Source: Octopus vulgaris
Taxonomy: Eukaryota
DNA: 64,000 bases
NCBI GenBank assembly: GCA_951406725.2
Contig: OX597820.1
Coordinates: 115,010,001-115,074,000, forward strand
Reading direction: 5' to 3'
Each line of letters begins with the position of its first letter. Position 1 is the first letter of the stretch. A model generated the notes under the pieces. That model made no database searches. It had not been told where the DNA came from and worked only from the letters and a program-made list of their open reading frames with translations. Positions 53,600 to 64,000 of this stretch are shown here, in pieces. The position numbers and the translations under genes were made by a program.

Positions 53600-54745
53600 T
53601 TTGACTGAAATGGGTAGGTCTTCTTGAGCACCACACTTTTGCCAGTCATCCTGGCCCTTTATACTCTTCCCCTTATCTTCACATGTCTTCTGCATTCAGG
53701 GTCAAAATCTCACTATCATGTAGCATTACAGTTCATACACAAGTATCATACCATATGCCTTTCATTTTGAGAGAGAAGCCTTTTGTTACCAACAGAGATA
53801 ATATCTCTCTGAACTTACTCCAGCCAGTTCATATTCTTGCAACTTAATTTTCCTATCAACCATTTCCAGTACAAAGATCACCTAGGTAATAGAAGCTATC
53901 AACTACCTCAAGCAAACCTCCCGGACATTTGAGCAAATCTATTTCCTCTGCTTCTTTTGTGCTTATTGATCCTATGTATCAGCCACACACAAAATCTACT
54001 TTCTCTGTTAACCTGCATGTGATATCATTGCACCAATAATGTGTCCATAGTTTGCACTGGGAAACACTATAGAATTTCTACCTATTCTTTTTTTCTTCTT
54101 TTTTTGTCATTTCCCTGATGGATGCAAAGACATGTATATTTTCCTATTTATTAAAGCTTTTTAATTTGACCTCAGTGCCTTTCGATTCCAGGTTTTGCAC
54201 CTGGAATTTCTTTTCTAATTCTGCTATTGATTCAGCTGTAACAATGAGGCCATCAGCATAGGGGAGTTCCCACAGGTAACTAATCCTAAACTACTGTTAT
54301 GGCCTGAAAGACAATGATGAATAGGAGGGAGCTGATGACTAAGTTCTGGTAAACTCCTACCTGCACATTAAATTTATTATTATACTCATTGTTACTGACA
54401 GCACCTCTTGTATGACGCCCACAGAACATTCAACCTCCCACTAGCTTCTTCAGTGACCACTAGATCACAAAGCAAGGGACATTGTCAAAGGCTTTCTTCA
54501 GATCACCGAATGCTAAATACAGCAGCTTGCTGTATTTACTTCTCTTGCAGTAGCCTCACCAGAAAAAACAAAGCATCAGTAGTACTTTTCACTGCACACA
54601 ACCAAACAGCATCTCATCTAATCTAACGCTTTCTCTAATTAATCAAGTTACACATGTTTCTGTAACCTTGGATACTTTCATAATTTCTTCACTCTAATGT
54701 ATTCCCTTTACCCTTGTCACAGTTGACTATGAGGCTGTTACACCA
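53600..54745 (-). mobile_element. Old RTE LINE RT fragment
   Basis: Degenerate homologue of about 30650-31810 (YADGL, YLGD). Confidence 0.7.
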
Positions 54746-55085
54746 GATTAGTTACCAGTGGTTCTCATCGACGCTAAATCATAGCAACACAAAATCACTT
54801 AAGTCTATAATCATACATTTTTTAAAAGCATATTTATCCCGAAGTAGCTAACACGCACATACACAGACACACAGGCACATGCAAACACACATGCCTGTAA
54901 GCACACATCCATGCACATGTGCACACACATACACACACACACACATCCATGTGGAGAAGTGAACTAATGTCATTTAAACAAGCAGAAATGACATTATTTG
55001 TCCACATACAGTAAAAATACAAATTCTAAGTCAGTTTGGAACAGAAAAGGTTTTGAAAGTATATGCTTGAGCAGAATGTGTGTTT

Positions 55086-55127
<42 letters not shown>

Positions 55128-55270
55128 AACAAATCAAAGTGTTTTAAATAATAATGATGATGATGATATGCATTTACACTGCACTGGCATGGGTGCATTA
55201 ATGCAGCACTGGCATTGGTGCATTTTAAGCACCTGGAAGGGCAAGCCTATATGTGTGGAAGACTGATTTT

Positions 55271-55309
<39 letters not shown>

Positions 55310-55651
55310 GAGAGAAGGAGAGTGAGAGAGAGAGTAAAATAAGGATTCAGATAGAATCAGGGATGTGCACCAGGTAGGGTTAGATAAACCTGTGCTTCTA
55401 GTCCATGGCTGGTAAGTATTAAATAGGATATTCCGGTTGTGTACACAGAGAAAACCAACCCTATGAGTGTTTAGCACGTAGAGGGTGGTCCAAAGCACAC
55501 ATCACATTGAATAGTACATTGTTGGTATACTCTAGGGTGTCTGACATGTCGTAAATCACCTTAGTGCATTATAATCAAATGAATAATTACAAACGATAGA
55601 TAATTGTCCATCGTCTGTTATTATTCATATGTGTGTATATACATATATATT

Positions 55652-55885
55652 TTTTAAAATAGAAAATTACCATTTAACAGGTAATTTTTACATGCTAGAA
55701 ATAGCAGCCAACACGGCTAAAACCACAAATTAATTGCAACTTTCAAAGTTATTTAAATAACAAGGTAAAAGTTTTTATTTTTCATTTACTTCGAAAGTTG
55801 CTATTAATTTGTGGTTTTGGCTGTGTTGGCTGCTATTTCTAGCATATAAAAATTACCTGTTAAATGGTAATTTTTTATTTTAAAA
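55652..55885. repeat. Inverted repeat with ~90-bp arms in (TA)n, probable Penelope-like terminus
   Basis: Arms at about 55652-55745 and 55792-55885. GAAAGTTGCTA at the start of the right arm. Confidence 0.6.
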
Positions 55886-56384
55886 TATGAATATGCTGTC
55901 TATTGACTATTTATACATGCTAGGCCACTGGTGGTGATATTTATAACGAATATTCGCCACCCTATAGATGTTTCTTATATATATATATACCGGAGTAAAC
56001 ACATAAATGTGAAACAAGGTGGAAAAAAGAGTACTCAAATACCAGTGGTAGAGTAATATGCTTTATTTAAAGCAGCAGAAAAATTCAACAAAACCTGTTA
56101 CTCTGAGTTTCGCGTTTATATATACACACACACACACACATATGTATATGTATATATGAAAGTCTCTCTTTTAGTCCATGAAAAACAGTTCTGCAATTTC
56201 TTGCTGATCGAATGTATGTGCTGTACATGAGCTCACTCTCTGCCATCAAATTGGTGTTGCCAGAACAGTTTCATAACGTACCACAAGTCAGGTGTTGAAG
56301 TGATCAGAGAACAAGGTGAGATGAAGTGTTTTGCACAAGGAACACACACCGCCCTGTCCAGAGATTGAAAACACAATCTCACAC

Positions 56385-56516
56385 TCTTTCTGTCTGTCTG
56401 TGTGTCTCTCTCTCTGTCTGTCTGTCTGTCTCTCTTTCTGTCTGTCTGTGTGTCTCTCTCTCTGTCTGTCTGTCTGTCTCTCTTTCTGTCTGTCTGTGTG
56501 TCTCTCTCTCTTTCTG

Positions 56517-56547
<31 letters not shown>

Positions 56548-56548
56548 T
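56385..56548. repeat. (CTGT)/(CT) compound microsatellite
   Basis: Read directly. Confidence 0.95.
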
Positions 56549-56639
56549 AAGCTGTGTAGCCCATTGCTACCAGGCAATTTTTACAATAGAATGCCTTTAT
56601 TTCAATTTTTTCATTCATTCAATGTCACATCATGTCTTC

Positions 56640-58890
56640 TCCAGTAGATAGGCCCCTTGATCAATTTTGTTTGTCACCATCAAGATATATCCTCATGTTC
56701 ATAGAGAGCTTCAAAACTTTGATTGAACTCCAATGTCAATTTTTCCAAACAGGCTCAGAATTTATCAATTCTGGTGCCTTTTAAAATGAATGGGAGAGTT
56801 TGTCAAAACATTTGAAAGGACTCTTGTGATTCCATCCATTAATAGGTTATTGCTTGTAACATTCTTCAATGTTCAGTCCAATGCTTCCAAGGTGTTTTCG
56901 TGCACCATTGTACACTTGTCCCATACTATCAATTCACATCTGCAAAGAGTTTTCAGCTGTATTGGAATTCTTCGAAATGTTGCAAACTCCATGTTCATCT
57001 AACCCAAGCATAAATGTGGAATGAGCTGTTCATCCTCCAGATAACAGTGTGGCAGCTAAGGAGGTCACTGCCAATGCAATATTCCTCTGTTCTCTTTCTA
57101 GCTTTTGCTATTAACAGATGCATCGCAAATGTCTTCCCTGTACATCCAGGGGTATCTAGAAAATAGACACCTCTTTTCTTATTCATTACATGATTGGACA
57201 CAGTTTCATATATAACTGTTCAGGTAACAGCTTTGGCTCATTTTCTTGAACACAACTTTTTAATGTTTGTATATCACAAGATGTTTCTCTTCAAATTTCT
57301 TGTTGCCTTGAGGTAAAGCAGGAAGTCCAAAGGTCTTCAAATTTTGACCACCCATGATTTTGCTCTTTATTTCAATCAATGCTTGCTGATATATTTCATC
57401 AGTGAATTAAATTTTTAGGCTAGGATTTGACATTAGTGCTTGATATTTTAAGTCTTTGGATAGTTAATCTTTGTATTTTCCTATAGACTGACTGGGCTGC
57501 TAACTTCACAAGTTTTGATGAGCAGAGTGAATAAAGCCCAGGACTTCAGGAAACACAGGCTTCCGACATAGTGTCATCCCACTGAGAATCATCCTTCGAT
57601 AGCACTCTTCTTAAGCAGGCCTCTCCATGCATTGAACAAATATGTCCATCAGCTGTTCTGAGGTCTTGAAAGGATGTTGGGCTTTGAACAGTGTGAAGCA
57701 AAATGTGCAAGTAGAAGCATTCATATTGGTTAGAGTGAACCCTATACATACAGCTCAGAGTGCTGTCTAACTTTATCTTAAGCCATCCTTCTACAGCCAG
57801 ACTAAGCCTTCCTCAGGTCCATTTTTTTCCTGTTTTGATGTATGGTAGGCTGGGACTTCATTGTAGAATAAAGTATGGCAAATGGGCCTTGTTCATATAG
57901 AATAGAAAAAGCTATCAGAGTTGTTGGTTTTGGATCATTGACCATTTGTGCTGCCTTTTGAGGTTGAAAATAAACCCTTTGTTTATTTGCAACTAACAAG
58001 TTCCCTATATAGCATACATACATACATATACATACATATATATATACACAAACACATACATACATAGGTTAGTAGAGTTAGCGGTTGGAATAATCGTCTA
58101 AGGGATAAGAAGAAGATCCGTTTGCACCAACCGATCGTGGCCGCTGCCAGCCTCCCTTGGCACCTGTGCTGGTGGCACGTAAAAAGCACCCACTACACTC
58201 ACGGAGTGGTTGGCGTTAGGAAAGGCATCCAGCTGTAGAAACACTGCCAGATCAGACTGGAGCCTGGTGCAGCCTCCTGGCTTCCCAGACGCTGGTCAAA
58301 CCGTCCAACCCATGCTAGCATGGAAAACGGACGCTAAACGATGATGACGATGATGATGATTACCTGCTTCTGAATCGAGAGAAATCTATCATGAAGGGAA
58401 AAGCCATAAATCCTCCAAAATGCTTCATTGGAGGATACGTATCTGCCCTGTTGGAAGTGGGAAACCTCATCATAGATTTTTACTTGAAGTGCAAACATTA
58501 CAGCATCCAATCCTTTGTTTATATACTTTCACTCATATTTGAATGATTTTAACTGAGCTGAAGAATTAAAAGTTTTCAAAAGTAGAGGGTTGTAAGGCAT
58601 GACCCAACTATTAAAATTAAAGCTGTCTTTGCTACAAATACTCCATCATTAGGACTTCTTCATTTGTAATGAGGATGACCGTCTTCAGCTGTTTGGGTGT
58701 CTTTAGTCAATGGCTTAGCATACTTTTTGGGGCACTTTTTCATGTCTTCCTCCAGACATGTAGAATTCATGTTGAAGTCTGTAGTCTTGCAATTAGTATT
58801 GGCACAAAAAAAAAAAAAAATCATTCAATACACGACTGTGAAATGGCTGGAATTTGAAAGGACAAACACTGGAGTATGACGCAATCTTCA
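56640..58890 (-). mobile_element. Degenerate Helitron Rep/PIF1-helicase coding fragment, interrupted by an RTE 3' end (58120-58360, +)
   Basis: FLDTPGCTGKTF Walker A, ECFYLHILLHTVQSPTSFQDLRT, GRYVSSNEAFWRI. Confidence 0.85.
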
Positions 58891-58994
58891 GACACAGCAG
58901 ATCTTCTCAAACCATCCAACCCATGCCAGCTTGAAACATGGATGTTAAATAATAATGATGAATACATTCACTCACACACACACACTCACACACA

Positions 58995-59036
<42 letters not shown>

Positions 59037-59540
59037 CAGTGTTTAATTAACCTAACCATTTTCCTTTATGCTCTTGTTTAAATGTAATACTTATTTTTTA
59101 CAGCTTATCAATATGAGTCACCCTGTGTTAATATATTCCCGAAACCCATCATTTGATTGTAAATACATTGAGTATATAATGAGTTCTATTAGACAACTGA
59201 AGTTGTAAAAACTAGTTTTGATAGCAAGTAAGTTCTTGGCACTGATCCAAACATGCCTTAATGGAACATGTAGCAACCATAGCAATTTAATTTTCAGACT
59301 GAGAGAGGAAAAACAATGATGGCAGCAAAATGCAGCGAGATCTTTGGCACACTGACAAAACCAAGATTGTTTGGATGTCGTAACTGTGCAGCAGTTGTTG
59401 TTGTTATGGCTGATGTTTTCATTGTCTTTGCTGTTGTTGCTGCAGTGGTTGTTATCATTATTATTGTTGCTGTTGCTATTGGTTACAGTGATGTGTGTCA
59501 TTGATGCTTGTTGTTGATATTGTTGTTGCTGTTGCTGTTG

Positions 59541-59900
59541 AACAAAGCGGTCTTCGTCCCAGTAGTGGGAGAAGTCCGAAACGTGGTCCTTTGCTATTCG
59601 TAAGACCCGCAGAAGAGAAAGCAGGTCAACCCCTGACACTGAGAGCATCGATGGATGGACGAATGCGCATCCAGGCTCAGCGGTTGCGTAGGAAGTCGGG
59701 GACAAGAAACAGGAAGAAAGAGTGAGAGAAAGTTGGAGCGAAAGAGTACAACAGGGGTCGCTACCACCCCCTGCCGGAGCCTCGTTGAGCTTTAGGTGTT
59801 TTCGCTCAATAAACACTCACAATGCTCGGTCTGGGAATCGAAACCGCGATCCTCCAACCGCGAGTCTGCTGCCCTAACCATTGGGCCATTGCACCTCCAC
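59541..59900 (-). mobile_element. tRNA-derived SINE (family B, tail type 3) in (GTT)n
   Basis: Same head as the 8095 and 19082 copies. TTGCTGTTG flanks. Confidence 0.8.
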
Positions 59901-60530
59901 TTGCTGTTGTTGCTGCAGTGGTTGTTATCATTATTATTGTTGCTGTTGTTATTGGTTACAGTGTTGGTGTTATTGACACTTGTTGCTGATATTGTTGTTG
60001 CTGTTGCATTGTTGTTGCTGCTGCTATTGTTATTGTTGTAGTTATTGTTGCAGTAGCTATTGTTGTTGTTCTATTGTTGTGAGCTTCAGATCAGCTCTCA
60101 TCCAACACTGGTATGGCACACACACACACATATGCTAGCTGAATTCAATTCGTCTCCAGTCGAAAGACACCTGTTGTTATGTCCTATTATTATTATTATT
60201 ATTATTATTGTTTTTTGTATATATTTGTATTATTTTTTGTATTTTTTTTGTATTATTTTTGTATTTATATTCATGTAACATTGTCCGTTTTTCCGTCCTT
60301 GTTTCGTATACATTCAATCCTTTTTCCAAGGAATCTAATGCTCTTAGATTAGTTTTTCCTTGGGGCTGGCCAGTTTGGAGCAATCTCAAGATTAATCAGC
60401 TGAAATTGCGAGGATAATCCGGTTTTTGACTGAAGATTAAAGGCTTCGAATGACCCGTCCATGTTTTTTGTATCGTCTATTTGGCTGTTTTGCATTCTTG
60501 TCCCATTTTGTATTTTTATATATATATATA

Positions 60531-60858
60531 TACTCATTTACTTGTTTCAGTCATTTGACTGTGGCCATGCTGGAGCACCACCTTTAGTTGAGCAAATTGA
60601 CCCCAGGACTTATTGTTTGTAAGCCTAGTACTTATTCTATTGGTCTCTTTTGCCGAACTGCTAAGTTACGGGGACATAAACACACCAGCATCGATTGTCA
60701 AATGAAGTTGGGGGGACAAACACAGACACACAAACATATACACACACATACATATATATATACATATATTCAACGGGCTTCTTTCAGTTTCCGTCTACCA
60801 AATCCACTCACAAGGCTATAGTAGAAGACACTTGCCCAAGGTGCCATGTAGAGGGACT
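60531..60858 (-). mobile_element. CORE-like SINE (family A), head truncated
   Basis: Matches the 61760 copy. Confidence 0.75.
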
Positions 60859-61759
60859 ATATATATATATATATATACATAAGCAACAAGGATATCCAGA
60901 GATAATGCAGTATGGTTGTTTCATGCGACTCCATTTAATTAAAAAATGCAATCATTGCAATGGATATCTTTGTTGCTTATTTTGATTTTAATCACCTTAT
61001 TTTGAAACTGAACTCATCTACTATATATATATATATGCTAGCATAGAAAAACAGATGTAAAATGAACAAAAAATATCCAAAAATCTTCATCTTTTGTTTA
61101 TATATAGACCTTTTTTTTTCATTGATCAAAGCAGGCTTAAAAAGACTTTCTTGATGAGATCTGATAAGATCATTTGATTTTCCCTAAAGTGCATCTATGT
61201 AAAATTAATTCTTAATCTTTTGAAATTATCTCCCTTGAGAGCTATAGTTACTACTAGGTGCTTTTCTTCCTCCTCCAATGAAGAGGAAAATTTCACAAGA
61301 ATTTACTGCATATATTATTCAGTACACCATCCTTTATCTAAATTTGTTTTCTCTGGTTCACCTGAGTTAATTCCGTTTGCTCGTTTTTAAATCTCTGTAT
61401 AAGTTTTATACAGTTTTCTTAATAACTATCACACCAATGAGTGTGGTACACTGTCAAAGATCTTCTCCAAGTCTGTGAATGCGAGGCATAGTGGTTTATT
61501 TTTCGCCCAAGAACTTTTATAGTAGTTACACAAGGAAAAGGATTTGAGACAGCCCAATCCTTGCACAAATCCCACATCACAATTTAAACTAAATTTTCTT
61601 CCAGATTGATGGTGCTCTCATTCTTTATGTTACCTTCATAACTTGGTCCATCAGTTTCATGATCTGTAGTTACTTCTGTTTAGAGCTTTCTCTTTGCTCA
61701 TATAGCAAAGTCAATGAGAACAACCTCTTCCTGTGCAATCTGATTAACCAAGCAAATAA

Positions 61760-62131
61760 AGCTTGCTAACCAACCACATGGTTCCAGGTTCAGTCCCACT
61801 GCGTGGCATCTTGGGCAAGTGTCTTCTGCTATAGCCCCGGGCCGACCAATGCCTTGTGAGTGGATTTGGTAGACGGAAACTGAAAGAAGTCTGTCGTATA
61901 TATATATATATATATATATGCGTGTGCGTCTGTGTTTGTCCCCCTAGCATTGCTTGACAACTGATGCTGGTGTGTTTACGTCCCCGTCACTTAGCGGTTC
62001 GGCAAAAGAGACCAATAGAATAAGTACTGGGCTTACAAAGAATAAGTCTTAGGGTCGATTTGCTCGACTAAAGACGGTGCTCCAGCATGGCCGCAGTCAA
62101 ATGACTGAAACAAGTAAAAGAGTAAAAAGAG
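61760..62131 (+). mobile_element. CORE-like SINE (family A)
   Basis: GGTTCAGTCCC B-box-like motif, CTTGGGCAAGT core, AAAAGAGT repeat tail. Confidence 0.8.
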
Positions 62132-62589
62132 TATGTCTTTTACTTTGCCACACATTTCCAGCATCTCAGAGTCTATCTCTAATGGTCTGGTTGCTTTTTG
62201 CACCTTCACATATCTCAATGGCTATTTCAACTATAGAACTCTCAACTTCACTTGTTAGTTCCTTCCACCTCTTTCCCATGAATTCATCAACCTCTTATTG
62301 TAGCGTTTCCATGTGTCTTTCTGGCATCACTGAAAGTGACAACATCAATAATGTCCTGATTCCAACTGCAAACTGCTTTGCAAGACAGAACACCTCAAAT
62401 GCCAGCTCCTCATGTAACAGGACATTAACACAGAACAATAAATGAATAAGAATGGGGTCAACTTTTCAATTACCCTTCATGAGATATGTTTGAAGTGGTT
62501 TGGTTATTTTGTTCTGTTATGCGACATATTAAGCAAATAAATAGCCATTCTTATGGAAACACATAATGTAATTGAAAAGGCCCTATTCT

Positions 62590-62990
62590 CAGCATTTGTG
62601 TCAGGTCTCCGCTTGGAGCAACTGGTAACATGTAACCCAGTACAACCTGTTACATGGTCGGGTCGTTGGCGACTAAACTGGCAACGCCACCAAGATTTCT
62701 TGGTGAGGAGGGTGATTTGGACACCCAGCAGGACTAAAAACAAAACCTGTCAAAGGGCAGAGGAACTCTCTCATGAGTCAATGGCCATCCGAAAACCTAC
62801 ATAAATCCGGAGTGGAGCCCCTAAGGCGGTTGGATTGCACCATGCATGCCACCTTCCAGCAGCTCCTGCATCCTGGTCTACCCCCAGCTGTCTTGACTTT
62901 GTCTTGCCACTGGATCCGGCGCACTAGGACGAGAGAGTGAGGCTGATCCTGCGCAAGTCACCCTCACTATAATCCAAGTCACGTGCACAT
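62590..62990 (+). mobile_element. GC-richer segment, possibly the 5'UTR of an RTE-type LINE
   Basis: Composition and recalled resemblance only. No ORF motifs. Confidence 0.3.
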
Positions 62991-63502
62991 CATGACATCA
63001 TGACACCAACATCACAAAGTTCTCAACATCTTGTTACATACATTGGGTTTAGAGTGTGCTTAATATAAACTAAATAGTTAATGTATTATTTGTTTTATTG
63101 ATTGGTTGATGGATAAGAAGTGTTGATGGTATTTCTTTCAGGTACCCTTTTAACGAAATACTAGAGTGAGGTGTTACCAAGTTAATTGCTTAGATTATAA
63201 AGACCCTTACTATTTTGATATATATATATATACACACATATATAGTCAGCGTTAGGATGAACTACTTCATAGCTGTTATGGTTTATTTTTAATGTTACTA
63301 ATGTCTGTATTGTTATGAGGCATGTATGTTACTGTTTAGGGCAAATATAAGTCTTACTAAGTAATACATACATTCTTCATTTATAGTATGTGTGTGTAAT
63401 CCCCACACACACACCATTTTTTTTTCTTCAGGGCTATTAGGCTATGGCTTGGCTGGAGCAAAAAGAACAATAAACAGAGACTGGACAAGAAGTTAAAGAT
63501 TG

Positions 63503-63873
63503 TACTCTTTTACTTGTTTCAGTCTTTGACTGCGGCCATGCTGGAGCACCGCCTTTAGTCGAGCAAATCGACCCCGGGATTTATTCTTTGTAAGCCCATT
63601 CTATCGGTCTCTTTTGCCGAACCGCTAAGTGACGGGGACGTAAGCACACCAGCATCGGTTGTCAAGCAATGCTAGGGGTACAAACACAGATACACAAACA
63701 CACATATATACGACAGGCTTCTTTCAGTTTCCGTCTACCAAATCCACTCACAAGGCATTGGTCGGCCCGGGGCTATAGCAGAAGACACTTGCCCAAGATG
63801 CCACGCGGTGGGACTGAACCCGGAACCATGTGGTTGGTTATCAAGCTACTTACCACACAGCCACTCCTGCGCC
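63503..63873 (-). mobile_element. Full-length CORE-like SINE (family A)
   Basis: Head GGCGCAGGAGTGGCTGTGTGG through the tail. CpGs largely intact. Confidence 0.85.
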
Positions 63874-64000
63874 TACTGTTGAACATTAAATGATTTCGCA
63901 AACCCCACGTGAAACAGCAGCCAACTATCCCTCACATTACACACTACCACCTCAAAAAAAGGAAGCATAATTTGCCTAGTAGAGCCTTAAACAGTTTAAA

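Noticed and set aside
56995-57201. Cellular PIF1 helicase gene
   Set aside because: Frameshifted and linked to Helitron Rep-region motifs, so a transposon relic.

Overview
AT-rich, repeat-dense eukaryotic DNA. The SINE, LINE and microsatellite repertoire resembles a coleoid cephalopod, probably Octopus; this is pattern recognition, not a database result. The one well-supported gene is a minus-strand TXNDC15-like thioredoxin-domain gene. I can reconstruct three coding exons with consistent splice phases (41883-41940, 35141-35909, 11894-12024). The expected final transmembrane exon was not found and may lie beyond position 1. The rest is mostly transposon debris: RTE LINEs, four tRNA-derived SINE families, Penelope-like termini with hammerhead-ribozyme relics, Tc1/mariner/Tigger, piggyBac-like and Merlin-like MITEs, Helitrons and a Gypsy-like pol. 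There are also many microsatellites and a 23-bp minisatellite. Most short ORFs in the track are spurious. The most notable observations are hammerhead motifs (including a recurrent variant core), a multi-step templated insertion copied from the minisatellite into a LINE, a PHD-like finger inside the LINE RT, one SINE head with three different tails, and a Merlin-type MITE about 200 bp upstream of the start codon. No prokaryotic-type system such as CRISPR is present.
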